A stretch of 64,000 bases of DNA. Origin: an uncultured Aquiluna sp. Lineage in GTDB: Bacteria; Actinomycetota; Actinomycetes; Actinomycetales; Microbacteriaceae. The position numbers were made by a program, and so were the translations under genes. The stretch is taken from NCBI GenBank assembly GCA_964560155.1, contig CAZLKR010000002.1:18811-82810 (forward strand). Reading direction: 5' to 3'. This document shows positions 32,176 to 41,494 of this stretch, piece after piece. The notes beneath the pieces are model-generated. The model saw only the letters and a list, made by a program, of their open reading frames with translations. It was not told the DNA's origin and searched no databases. Position 1 is the stretch's first letter; each line of letters begins with the position of its first letter.

Positions 32176-32208
32176 CATCTGGGGCACGACTTAGTCGTGC
32201 CCCAGATG
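32176..32208 (+). terminator. 15-bp perfect inverted repeat after pstS (terminator or mRNA-stabilising hairpin)
   Basis: CATCTGGGGCACGAC-TTA-GTCGTGCCCCAGATG followed by TTCCATTT. Confidence 0.75.
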
Positions 32209-32229
32209 TTCCATTTGGAGGAGAACAAA

Positions 32230-33282
32230 ATGCGCCGGGTTATTTCAGCAATTGCACTATCGGGAGCCATCTTGGCAACGCTGACAGCCTGCGATCCTCC
32301 AATGCCTGACTCCCTGCTAGTAGAGCTAGCAGAGCGCACCGTGGTGTGCCCGGAGACCACCATCGATTTGGTTGCCACTGAGTCAGTACAAGATGTATCA
32401 AGCTTCTGGAACGACACAATGACCAACGCCTGCGGTCTGGGATTCAACATCGTTGAAGAAACCACTTCGGGCATCGAGATCACTGACCACGAAGCCTTCA
32501 AGTGCGAGGCGTTTCTGACTGTTCCGGTGGCTATGGATGCTGCCGTGGTGACCTTCGTTTTGGGCGAAAACTATGAGCTGACTTTTGATGCTCCAACCCT
32601 GGCTGGCATTTTCTCCAAGGAAATTACCAACTGGTCTGACCCAGCGATTGTTGCCCTCAATGAGTTTGCGATTTTAGAAGACCAGGAAATCATCATCTCT
32701 CCAACCGCTCTTGCTCCTGCCAGAAATGCGCTGGAGAACTGGTTAGAGATCGAAACCGGTAAAGACCTAGACCTCAGCTACATCGCTGACGACCTGGCCT
32801 TGGAATCCGAGGGTATTTACGCACTTGGCGAGGGCGAACTGCGAATCACGGCGTTCTCGAGCACTTTGACCACCGGATACCCATTGGCCAACATTCTTGA
32901 GATTCCGGGTGACTTAGGCAGCGTGATAGTGCCAGATGCTCGACTAATTCAGACCGCTGGCACTCAGGTGGATTTGATCAAGGACGTCGATGCCCAGTTG
33001 GTTGACTTTAGGTACAACAAGGAGAACGAAGTCAAGCCACTCTTGGGTGCCGTTGATGCCTTGGCACCTTACGGCCCGGTTTATGGAATCAAGATGGGCC
33101 TTTGCGGTGAAGACACCGTGGACCTAAGAAACACTGCTCGCTACCTACTTCGCCTGGATGCACAGGGAGTGATTGCAACCGGTGTGTCTTCGCCACTGCC
33201 TGAGCACATTCGAATTGCGGCAGCTGCACTTATCGATTCCGGTAACCCAAGCCTTGACCTCGAGGCAGATGTAACCCAGTAG
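32230..33282 (+). CDS. Acidic PstS-like lipoprotein with degenerate ligand motifs
   Basis: LTAC lipobox; VPVAMDAAVVTF...LAGIFSKEITNWSDPAIVALN matches the PstS core; SD GGAGG; ATG 32230. Confidence 0.75.
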   Translation: MRRVISAIALSGAILATLTACDPPMPDSLLVELAERTVVCPETTIDLVATESVQDVSSFWNDTMTNACGLGFNIVEETTSGIEITDHEAFKCEAFLTVPVAMDAAVVTFVLGENYELTFDAPTLAGIFSKEITNWSDPAIVALNEFAILEDQEIIISPTALAPARNALENWLEIETGKDLDLSYIADDLALESEGIYALGEGELRITAFSSTLTTGYPLANILEIPGDLGSVIVPDARLIQTAGTQVDLIKDVDAQLVDFRYNKENEVKPLLGAVDALAPYGPVYGIKMGLCGEDTVDLRNTARYLLRLDAQGVIATGVSSPLPEHIRIAAAALIDSGNPSLDLEADVTQ

Positions 33283-33302
33283 CTCTCAATTAGACTTACC
33301 CG

Positions 33303-33698
33303 ATGGCAACAACAAACCTGGGTGTCGGAAGACTGCTAATAGCGATCTATGCAATTTTTGCAATTTCTGCTACCGCGAGGGCCAGCTACCAGCTAATCCG
33401 CGAGTTTGATCAAGCTCCGATTGCCTATTCACTCTCTGCCATCTCCGCGGTGGTTTACCTGGTTGCCACGTACTCACTTACAAACCAATCTGCAAAATGG
33501 CAGAAAGTGGCAAAGGTCACTATCTGGTTTGAGTTGATTGGCGTTGTTGTTGTGGGCTCGCTGAGCATTTGGTTGCCGCAATTCTTTGCCCACCCTTCGG
33601 TTTGGTCTGGCTTTGGCGCAGGCTATGCGTTTATTCCACTTGCGCTACCGATTCTTGGTTTGCGCTGGCTGAGGAAGCACAATGCTGGAAATAACTAG
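33303..33698 (+). CDS. Hypothetical integral membrane protein
   Basis: Four hydrophobic helices; SVWSGFGAGYAFIPL; TAGACT 6 nt upstream; overlaps ribF. Confidence 0.8.
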   Translation: MATTNLGVGRLLIAIYAIFAISATARASYQLIREFDQAPIAYSLSAISAVVYLVATYSLTNQSAKWQKVAKVTIWFELIGVVVVGSLSIWLPQFFAHPSVWSGFGAGYAFIPLALPILGLRWLRKHNAGNN

Positions 33699-34608
33699 TA
33701 GCTCGCAGCTGCCGCAGGACTTTTCCAGCACAGCAGTTGCCATTGGAAAGTTCGACGGACTTCACTTAGGTCACCAGCAGCTCTTGCACGAGCTTGTCGA
33801 TTATTCGCAGGAGTCGGGACTTGTGCCAACTGTTGTGACTTTTGATCGCCACCCCAAGGCATTGCTAGATCCGGAGAATTGCCCTCGACCAATCATCGGA
33901 CCTGGCCAAAAATCAAAGCTGATTTCTGATGCTGGGGTGGAGGTTTTACTCACACTTCCTTTCACGACCGACCTGGCTGGTCTTAGCCCTCGAGACTTTA
34001 TTGAGAACGTGATTGCTCCACTTGGGGCACAAATGATCTTTGTTGGCGCTGGATTCCGCTTTGGCACAAACGGCAGCGGCACGGTAGCCGACCTAAGAGA
34101 ATTTGGCCCGCAGTTTGGCTTTAGGGTTCGAGAGGTTGCCAACGTCGAAATTGGTGGTCGCAAGATCTCGTCAACTGATCTCAGGGGAATTCTCGATTCC
34201 GGCAAGGTGGAGGTCGCCAGCTTGCTACTCGGGCGCAATCACCAGGTCACTGGAATTGTCGAACACGGTAGGAAACTCGGTCGAACCCTTGGATTCCCAA
34301 CCGCCAACATCGCCCGCGATGCCGAGGGCTATCTGCCTGGCGACGGTGTTTATGCGGGCTATCTATACGCAGATGGCGTGCGTTATCCGGCAGCCCACTC
34401 GGTTGGAACCAATGACACGGTTGGGGAAGTGCCGAAGATCTTGGAATCGCATGTCATCGGTCGAACTGACTTAGACCTGTATGACCTAGAGGTGACCTGC
34501 GAGTTTGTGGCGCAAGTTCGAGGCTGGGCAAAGTTTGCCTCTCTCGAAGAATTGATTGCTCAAATAGCTGTGGATGTGCAAAAGGCTTCGGAAATCTTAG
34601 GAGAGTAG
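33682..34608 (+). CDS. ribF: Bifunctional riboflavin kinase/FAD synthetase
   Basis: GKFDGLHLGHQ, TFDRHP, ISST, GRTLGFPTAN, GVYAG. Confidence 0.96.
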   Translation: MLEITSSSQLPQDFSSTAVAIGKFDGLHLGHQQLLHELVDYSQESGLVPTVVTFDRHPKALLDPENCPRPIIGPGQKSKLISDAGVEVLLTLPFTTDLAGLSPRDFIENVIAPLGAQMIFVGAGFRFGTNGSGTVADLREFGPQFGFRVREVANVEIGGRKISSTDLRGILDSGKVEVASLLLGRNHQVTGIVEHGRKLGRTLGFPTANIARDAEGYLPGDGVYAGYLYADGVRYPAAHSVGTNDTVGEVPKILESHVIGRTDLDLYDLEVTCEFVAQVRGWAKFASLEELIAQIAVDVQKASEILGE

Positions 34609-34617
34609 GCTTCAGTC

Positions 34618-35205
34618 ATGAACTTCGTAGACGCCATCGCAGCAGGATTCAAAAACTATGCCAACTTCAAGGGCAAGGCTTCCCGTTCGGAGTTTTGGTA
34701 CTGGGTGCTCTTCACCATTTTGCTGAGCCTGGTGCTAGGCACCATTGAGACCGTCATCTGGCCAGCTGCACCGATTGATAGCGAAGACCTAGAAGCGGTT
34801 TTGAATGCAACCCTAAGTGCACCTACTCCGCTGACGTCAATAGCCAACCTGGTGCTATTCATTCCAGGTCTATCCGTAACCGCCAGAAGGTTTCACGATG
34901 CCGGATTCAGCGCAAAGTGGCTACTTTTGATTCTGGTTCCGGTTGCTTACTCAATCTTTGCGATTGTCGGTGTTGTGACTCTGGGCGTTAACTACTTTGG
35001 CTCCGGAGTGCCTTCGGTGAATGAGATTCCGGTCGAGGTCATGATGTCCATGATCTTCTTGATCGCTCCGATTTTTGCGCTGGGCTTTGCGGTCTTTGTA
35101 ATCCACGTGATTTTTGCCCTAAAGCCAACACGATCTTTCTACGATGGCAACAAATATGTCGAGCCGACTCCGCTAAGTTCTGCCGATGAGGGCACCACCG
35201 CCTAG
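34618..35205 (+). CDS. DUF805 family membrane protein
   Basis: YANFKGKASRSEFWYW, SVTARRFHDAG. Confidence 0.9.
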   Translation: MNFVDAIAAGFKNYANFKGKASRSEFWYWVLFTILLSLVLGTIETVIWPAAPIDSEDLEAVLNATLSAPTPLTSIANLVLFIPGLSVTARRFHDAGFSAKWLLLILVPVAYSIFAIVGVVTLGVNYFGSGVPSVNEIPVEVMMSMIFLIAPIFALGFAVFVIHVIFALKPTRSFYDGNKYVEPTPLSSADEGTTA

Positions 35206-35237
35206 ACGAAATCGCTTTTTATCCCTAGACTTCTCAG

Positions 35238-35300
35238 GTTGCCGTGTAACGGCCGCGGATAAAGAGAGCCTCAGACACAAAGTTTGAAGCGCCGCGCAGC
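35238..35300 (+). promoter_or_regulatory. Structured rpsO 5' leader, candidate S15 autoregulatory RNA
   Basis: -10 TAGACT at 35226; GCCGT/ACGGC hairpin; CGCGG/CCGCG stem enclosing a TCAGAC/GTTTGA hairpin. Confidence 0.55.
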
Positions 35301-35318
35301 GAGGGAAAGGAAAAAGCA

Positions 35319-35588
35319 ATGGCATTAGATGCTGCTGTAAAGACACAAATCATCGAGGAATACGCCACGAAGCCAGGCGACACAGGTTCTCCTGAGGTTC
35401 AGATTGCCGTGCTAAGCCGCCGCATTGCTGACCTTACCGAGCACCTAAAGGACCACAAGCACGATCACCACTCCCGTCGCGGACTGTTGCTTCTTGTTGG
35501 TCAGCGTCGCCGTCTACTCGGTTACCTACAGAACGTTGACATCGCACGCTACCGTTCACTAATCGAGCGCCTAGGCCTTCGTCGATAA
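35319..35588 (+). CDS. rpsO: 30S ribosomal protein S15
   Basis: [32 protein letters not shown]. Confidence 0.99.
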   Translation: MALDAAVKTQIIEEYATKPGDTGSPEVQIAVLSRRIADLTEHLKDHKHDHHSRRGLLLLVGQRRRLLGYLQNVDIARYRSLIERLGLRR

Positions 35589-35603
35589 TTTCGTTTTTTA
35601 CGC

Positions 35604-35642
35604 CAAGACCCCCGGACACATGTGTTCGGGGGTCTTGCATTT
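35604..35642 (+). terminator. Intrinsic terminator after rpsO
   Basis: CAAGACCCCCGGACAC / GTGTTCGGGGGTCTTG stem followed by CATTT. Confidence 0.8.
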
Positions 35643-35693
35643 CCTAGGCATTTTGGCCTTTGCTTGTTAGGCTTTTCCTAGGAGTTCGCGAAG

Positions 35694-35753
35694 GCGGGTC
35701 CTCGGTGGAAATTTTTGGGTCGATTGCCCCAGATGTTTTTACTGACGACCAGC
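35694..35753 (+). ncRNA. Actino-pnp-like cis-regulatory RNA hairpin in the pnp leader
   Basis: GGTCCTCGGTGG...TACTGACGACC long imperfect stem upstream of pnp, resembling the Actino-pnp motif; extended -10 TGtTAGGCT at 35665-35673. Confidence 0.65.
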
Positions 35754-35846
35754 ACTTCATAAGGCCAATCGGCCTTCTCCAGCACGCAGCAAAGACTTGC
35801 ATTTGCAGGTTGGGTTTTCGCGTGCGCTGAGGATATAGGAGGAGCC

Positions 35847-38066
35847 ATGGAAGGCTCAGAGATCAAAGCAACAGAAGCAATCATTGACAACGGCAAGCAC
35901 GGCAAGCGCGTAATTCGCTTCGAGACTGGCCGTCTAGCACAGCAGGCAGCCGGTAGCGCTGCGGTTTACATTGACGAAGAGACCATGCTCTTTTCGGCAA
36001 CCACCGCATCAAAGCAGCCAAAGGACCAGTTCGACTTCTTCCCGCTAACCATCGACGTTGAAGAGCGTATGTATGCAGCTGGAAAGATTCCAGGTTCATT
36101 CTTCCGTCGTGAGGGTCGCCCATCGACCGCAGCTATCTTGGCTGCACGTCTAATCGACCGCCCACTTCGCCCATCATTCGTTGATGGTCTTCGCAACGAG
36201 ATCCAGGTTGTAGTTACCGTTATGTCGATCGAGCCAGACGAGCTTTACGACGTAGTGGCAATCAACGCAGCTTCGATGTCTACCCAGCTTGCTGGTCTGC
36301 CGTTCTCTGGCCCAGTTGCTGGCGTTCGCGTAGCCCTTATCGATGGCCAGTGGGTTGCGTTCCCTAAGCACTCACAGCTCGAGAAGGCTGTATTCGACAT
36401 GGTGGTTGCAGGTCGCGTTGTCATCGAAGATGGCAAGGAAGACGTTGCAATCATGATGGTTGAGGCTGAGGCTACCGAAGGTTCGATGGACCTAATCGCA
36501 GCTGGCGCAATCGCTCCTACCGAGGAGATCGTTGCTCAGGGCCTAGAGGCTGCAAAGCCTTTCATCAAGGAATTGGTTCGCGCTCAGGTTGAGCTTGCAA
36601 AGATTGCCGCTAAGCCAACCGCAGAGTTCCCAGTGTTCCTGCCTTACTCTGACGAGGTTTACGCAGCTGTGGCTAAGGCTGCTGAGGCCGAGCTTTCTCG
36701 CGTTTACCAGATTGCTGACAAGCAGCAGCGCCAGGAGCAGGACGATGCTCTAAAGGCAAAGGTCAAGGAAGAGTTGGTTTCGGTTCTTTCTGAAGAGCAG
36801 ATGCCTCAGTTCTCCGCTGCCTACAAGTCGGTAACCAAGAAGGTTATGCGTACTCGTGTTTTGAAGGAGGGCATCCGTATCGATGGCCGTGGCCTTCGCG
36901 ACATCCGTGCCCTGGATGCAGAGGTTGCAGTAATCCCTCGCACTCACGGTTCAGCAATCTTCCAGCGCGGTGAGACCCAGATCCTTGGTGTCACCACCTT
37001 GAACATGCTGAAGATGGAGCAGCAGCTGGACGCTCTGACCCCAGAGACCTCTAAGCACTACATGCACCACTACAACTTCCCTCCTTACTCCACCGGCGAG
37101 ACTGGTCGCGTTGGTTCTCCAAAGCGCCGCGAGATCGGTCACGGAGCATTGGCAGAGCGTGCACTTGTGCCAGTTCTTCCAAAGCGTGAGGACTTCCCAT
37201 ACGCCATCCGTCAGGTTTCCGAGGCGTTGAGCTCTAACGGTTCAACCTCGATGGGATCGGTTTGTGCATCTACCCTTTCGCTACTAAACGCCGGTGTGCC
37301 TCTTCGTGCACCAGTTGCTGGTATCGCGATGGGTCTGATCTCCGACACCGTTGACGGCAAGGTTCAGTACGCAGCATTGACCGACATCCTGGGTGCAGAA
37401 GACGCACTGGGAGACATGGACTTCAAGGTTGCCGGTACTCGCGAGTTCGTAACCGCTATTCAGCTAGACACCAAGTTGGACGGAATTCCAGCTTCGGTTT
37501 TGGCTGGCGCGCTAACTCAGGCCAAGGAAGCTAGAAACTACATCCTTGACGTGATGCTAGAGGCGATCGACGCTCCAGATGAGCTATCTCCATACGCACC
37601 TCGCGTTATCGCGGTGAAGATCCCTATCGACAAGATCGGTGAGGTCATCGGACCAAAGGGCAAGATGATCAACCAGATCCAGGAAGACACCGGAGCTGAC
37701 ATCTCGATTGAGGATGACGGAACCGTTTACATTGGTGCAACCAATGGTGAGAGTGCTGAGGCTGCAAAGGCTGCAATTAACGCCATTGCAAACCCACACG
37801 TTCCTGAGATCGGTGAGCGCTTCCTAGGTACCGTTGTGAAGCTAGCCACCTTCGGTGCCTTCATCTCGCTAATGCCTGGCAAGGACGGCCTACTGCACGT
37901 CTCCGAGCTAAAGAAGATCTCTGGCGGCAAGCGCGTCGAGAACGTTGAAGATGTTCTAGAGGTTGGCCAGAAGCTTCAGGTTGAGATCACCAAGGTGGAT
38001 GACCGCGGCAAGCTATCGCTTGCTCCTGTTGTTGAGGGTGAAGAAAGCGCTGCGGAAGCAGAGTAA
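35847..38066 (+). CDS. pnp: Polyribonucleotide nucleotidyltransferase (PNPase/GpsI)
   Basis: [43 protein letters not shown] and S1 domains. Confidence 0.99.
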   Translation: MEGSEIKATEAIIDNGKHGKRVIRFETGRLAQQAAGSAAVYIDEETMLFSATTASKQPKDQFDFFPLTIDVEERMYAAGKIPGSFFRREGRPSTAAILAARLIDRPLRPSFVDGLRNEIQVVVTVMSIEPDELYDVVAINAASMSTQLAGLPFSGPVAGVRVALIDGQWVAFPKHSQLEKAVFDMVVAGRVVIEDGKEDVAIMMVEAEATEGSMDLIAAGAIAPTEEIVAQGLEAAKPFIKELVRAQVELAKIAAKPTAEFPVFLPYSDEVYAAVAKAAEAELSRVYQIADKQQRQEQDDALKAKVKEELVSVLSEEQMPQFSAAYKSVTKKVMRTRVLKEGIRIDGRGLRDIRALDAEVAVIPRTHGSAIFQRGETQILGVTTLNMLKMEQQLDALTPETSKHYMHHYNFPPYSTGETGRVGSPKRREIGHGALAERALVPVLPKREDFPYAIRQVSEALSSNGSTSMGSVCASTLSLLNAGVPLRAPVAGIAMGLISDTVDGKVQYAALTDILGAEDALGDMDFKVAGTREFVTAIQLDTKLDGIPASVLAGALTQAKEARNYILDVMLEAIDAPDELSPYAPRVIAVKIPIDKIGEVIGPKGKMINQIQEDTGADISIEDDGTVYIGATNGESAEAAKAAINAIANPHVPEIGERFLGTVVKLATFGAFISLMPGKDGLLHVSELKKISGGKRVENVEDVLEVGQKLQVEITKVDDRGKLSLAPVVEGEESAAEAE

Positions 38067-38069
38067 GCA

Positions 38070-39380
38070 TTGCTCTTCGAACTAAATAAGTCCCAGTCGT
38101 TCACCGCTGAGGCAGCCCGAGTTTCTCGCTCGGTGCTGCCCAGCGGTGTTCGCATTCTCACGGAAGAAGTTCCAGGAGCGCCTTCGGTGGCCATCTCAGC
38201 TTCGGTTGCGGTTGGTTCTAGAGACGAGACCGGTGGGCACTTTGGCTCAACTCACTTCCTAGAGCACCTGTTGTTCAAGGGCACGAAGCGTCGCGGGCAA
38301 AAAGACATCTCGGTGGCCTTTGACTCGGTTGGTGGCTCCTCTAACGCCGCTACCGCAAAGGAATACACCAGCTACTACGCCAGGGTGCAAAACTCGGCTC
38401 TGCCGCTAGCCATGGACCTGCTGGTGGACATGTTCACCTCGGCGAGGATCGACGATTCAGATTTCAAGGTAGAGCGCACTGTAATCCTTGAAGAGCTAGC
38501 CATGAACGAGGACGATCCTGAAGATGTGGCTCACGAGGCACTTGCCGAAGCACTGCTTCCTAACCACGAACTTGGTAGACCAATTGGCGGCACCGAGGAC
38601 ACCATCAACGCTGTTGATCGCGACTCGGTATTCGAGCACTACCTCAAGCACTACCGCCCAGAGAACCTAGTTGTCACCGTTGCCGGTGGCGCTAGCCACG
38701 AGCAGGTTGTCGAGTTGGTGCAAAAGGAGCTCGCGAGGGTCGATTGGTCAGCTAACGCTGTCCCAAATCCACGTCGTGCCCAGTTTGATGCCGAGTTGGA
38801 GCAGGCTGAAAAGTTTAGATTTATCGCCAAGGATGTGGCTCAGGCCAATGTGCTTTTGGGCTTCCAGAGCATTCGCGGCAACGATGATGCTAGGTACGCG
38901 CTTGGAATCATGAACACGATCTTGGGTGGCGGAATGTCATCCAGGCTCTACCAGGCAATTCGCGAAGAACGCGGATTGGCATACTCGACCTACTCCTACC
39001 AGCAGGGCTATGCCGATGCTGGCTACTACGGCATATACGCCGGCACCAACCCGGAGAATGCAGTTGTAGTGACCAGGTTGATGTGGGAGATCTTCCGAGA
39101 GCTTGCGGACAATGGCGTAACCCAGGCGGAGTATGACCTAGCGCTTGGAAACATCACCGGAGGGCTCGCGCTGCGCTACGAGAGCTCTATCGCACGCATG
39201 AACCGACTGCTCTCAGCCGAAATTGGCACGGGGGAGTATCTCTCGGTCTCCGAGGTAATGGAGCGTTTCCGCGCGGTCAGCCTTGCGGATGTAAAAGATA
39301 TCGCTCAGCGAATCATCTCCTCGCCATCATCTTTGATTGCGGTTGGCGAAGGTCTTGAGCACCTTGAGGAATTGGCTTGA
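38070..39380 (+). CDS. M16 family zinc peptidase
   Basis: HFLEH inverted zinc motif, LGGGMSSRLYQAIREERGLAYS. Confidence 0.93.
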   Translation: MLFELNKSQSFTAEAARVSRSVLPSGVRILTEEVPGAPSVAISASVAVGSRDETGGHFGSTHFLEHLLFKGTKRRGQKDISVAFDSVGGSSNAATAKEYTSYYARVQNSALPLAMDLLVDMFTSARIDDSDFKVERTVILEELAMNEDDPEDVAHEALAEALLPNHELGRPIGGTEDTINAVDRDSVFEHYLKHYRPENLVVTVAGGASHEQVVELVQKELARVDWSANAVPNPRRAQFDAELEQAEKFRFIAKDVAQANVLLGFQSIRGNDDARYALGIMNTILGGGMSSRLYQAIREERGLAYSTYSYQQGYADAGYYGIYAGTNPENAVVVTRLMWEIFRELADNGVTQAEYDLALGNITGGLALRYESSIARMNRLLSAEIGTGEYLSVSEVMERFRAVSLADVKDIAQRIISSPSSLIAVGEGLEHLEELA

Positions 39381-39393
39381 TAGGTTTATCAGC

Positions 39394-40119
39394 ATGATCT
39401 CAGTAGCAGTGGTGGGCGCCAGCGGGCGTATGGGTAGTTTGGCGATCGATCTAATTGATGCCGATGCCAACCTAAAGCTGCATGCCGCACTAGGCTCGAA
39501 GTCCGAACTATCGCAAATGCTCGGTGCTGATGTGGTGCTGGATTTCACATTGCCGACTGTCAGCCCGAAGGTAGTTGAATTTGCAATTCAGCACGATTTG
39601 AAGATTGTGGTTGGCACCTCTGGCTGGAGCGAGATTCACCTTCAGGGCTTGAAGAAACTGCTGGCTTTGCACCCAAAGGCTGCCGCGGTTGTCATCCCAA
39701 ACTTCTCGATTGGTTCAATGCTCGCTCAGCAGTTCGCGGTTCAGGCAGCTCGATTCTTTGACTCGATCGAAATCGTGGAAGCCCACCACGCTGGAAAAGT
39801 AGATTCACCTTCTGGCACCGCGGTTAGAACTGCAGAGCAGATTGCGGCAGCTCGCAAGGACATGGTTGCGCCATTGATTCCAGGCGTGGACCAACCAGCC
39901 CGCGGTCAGGTGGTTTCAGGAGTTCCAATTCACTCACTTCGCCTGCAGGGTGTATCTGCCAAACAGGACGTCATCTTTGGTGCCGGTCATGAACTACTTA
40001 CCGTTTCTCACGAGGTTTCATCTCACCACGCCTATGCCGAGGGCATTCGCCGCTGCATCTTGTTTGCGCAGCAGTCCACCGGATTGACCGTAGGCCTTGA
40101 CCAAGTCGTGACGGGCTAG
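39394..40119 (+). CDS. dapB: 4-hydroxy-tetrahydrodipicolinate reductase
   Basis: GASGRMG, DFT, VGTSG, PNFSIG, EAHHAGKVDSPSGTA; start moved to ATG 39394. Confidence 0.96.
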   Translation: MISVAVVGASGRMGSLAIDLIDADANLKLHAALGSKSELSQMLGADVVLDFTLPTVSPKVVEFAIQHDLKIVVGTSGWSEIHLQGLKKLLALHPKAAAVVIPNFSIGSMLAQQFAVQAARFFDSIEIVEAHHAGKVDSPSGTAVRTAEQIAAARKDMVAPLIPGVDQPARGQVVSGVPIHSLRLQGVSAKQDVIFGAGHELLTVSHEVSSHHAYAEGIRRCILFAQQSTGLTVGLDQVVTG

Positions 40120-40556
40120 TGTCAGCAAAAATCTGGGCCTTGGTAATGACAGCTTTGGCTGTCATCTATGTGCTGCTGCTGGGTCAAAAAGCGATACTGC
40201 TCTTGCTGGAAGATAATTGGGTTGCCAAGGCAATGGGTGCGGCATTGATATTCCTGCCACTGGTTGCCGCCTGGGCAATCCTCACCGAGGTGAAGTTCGG
40301 CATCGATGCCGAGAGGTTAGCTAGGTCAAACACCCAACCGCAACTTTCATTTGAACTTCGCCCCAGCGGCAGGCCAACCAAGGAAAGTGCTCAGGCTGAA
40401 TTTGAGCGCATCAAATCTTTGGTCTCCCAAGATCTTGAGAATTGGGAACTGTGGTTTCGCCTCGGGGAGTGCTATGACGCCTCGGGTGACCGCAAGCTGG
40501 CTCGCAAGTCGATCCGCAAGGCAATCAAATTAGCTAATAACGCCAAATCGCTTTAG
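40119..40556 (+). CDS. Membrane protein with C-terminal TPR-like helix pair
   Basis: Two TM helices, RPSGR, WFRLGECYDASGDRKLAR. Confidence 0.8.
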   Translation: MSAKIWALVMTALAVIYVLLLGQKAILLLLEDNWVAKAMGAALIFLPLVAAWAILTEVKFGIDAERLARSNTQPQLSFELRPSGRPTKESAQAEFERIKSLVSQDLENWELWFRLGECYDASGDRKLARKSIRKAIKLANNAKSL

Positions 40557-40973
40557 GCCCAAATACATCTGGCAGCCCAGGCAGAAGTTGAAAAATGCGT
40601 TCAAAAATGCCGCGAAGAAGATAAAGCCCGCGCTTACCGCCACCAACACCGGTGCGAACCAGAAACCAACCAGGCCTAGAAGAGCAAAGCCCAATCCAAC
40701 CTTCTGCGCAAACTGAGGTGGACGAGCATCTTCAAGCTCAGTAGGTGCTGCTAGGCGAGGGCGCACCAAGTTCTTGAAAATCAAACCGTAAGGGTGAGTC
40801 TTTGGGCTAAACACGCTCCAGCTAAAGAGCACCGCTAGCAAAACGATGACCGGGTAGGCGTTCTGGTAACCATTAGCACCGGATAGCGCGATGCCAAAAG
40901 CGGTGAGGGAGAGAGCGCTGGTGATTGCTGCTCCGAATCTTGGTCCACGTGGGTCGATTAGTTCTGCGCTCAT
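40530..40973 (-). CDS. DUF4395 family membrane protein
   Basis: IDPRGPRFGA, PPQFAQ.VG, AAFLNAFFNFCLGCQMY. Confidence 0.85.
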   Translation of the reverse strand: MSAELIDPRGPRFGAAITSALSLTAFGIALSGANGYQNAYPVIVLLAVLFSWSVFSPKTHPYGLIFKNLVRPRLAAPTELEDARPPQFAQKVGLGFALLGLVGFWFAPVLVAVSAGFIFFAAFLNAFFNFCLGCQMYLGLKRFGVIS

Positions 40974-41413
40974 TTGATTCCTAACTTTGCTAGTTCTTGT
41001 TGAATTAGTCCGGCTTTTGGCACACCGCTCACACGGAATGTTACCTCGCCTTTGCCGTTGAGGATAAAGACGGTTGGAGTCTGCGAAACCTTGAATTTTG
41101 CTGCCAGATCCAGTCGGTCGGTGAGATCAACCTCGGCGTGCAGCACCCCTCCAGTTCGATACTCGATCTGCGAGAGCGAGCGCCTGACAGCAGGGCATTG
41201 CCCGCAGTATTCGGTTGAGAACTGCAGCAAAGTCGCACTCTTGCCAAACTCCTGGACGGGGAAGCCGTTCTTTACGGCTCCAATTGCTACCAAGTCGATG
41301 GCCTGGCTGCGCTGCACTCTTCTGCCGCTACCGGAGGAGACCTTGTAGAAGATGCCGGCCATTAGCGTTAGGCCAAACAGGCCGAGCGCTAGATAGATGC
41401 CAGAGAATTCCAC
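40970..41413 (-). CDS. Membrane-anchored thioredoxin-like protein
   Basis: N-terminal TM helix, LLQFSTEYCGQC, QTPT cis-Pro loop. Confidence 0.88.
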   Translation of the reverse strand: MEFSGIYLALGLFGLTLMAGIFYKVSSGSGRRVQRSQAIDLVAIGAVKNGFPVQEFGKSATLLQFSTEYCGQCPAVRRSLSQIEYRTGGVLHAEVDLTDRLDLAAKFKVSQTPTVFILNGKGEVTFRVSGVPKAGLIQQELAKLGIK

Positions 41414-41494
41414 CTGCCAAGGGTAAGTGATTGAGCAGGCCAGTTGCGGAGTGTTGCGCTTTTTTACTTTTTGCCTCGTCTAGGCTTGTGGCTT

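Noticed and set aside
32156-32183. dif-like site (AAGTAACATAA resembles a XerD arm)
   Set aside because: The second arm does not resemble a XerC site, and the sequence runs into the pstS hairpin
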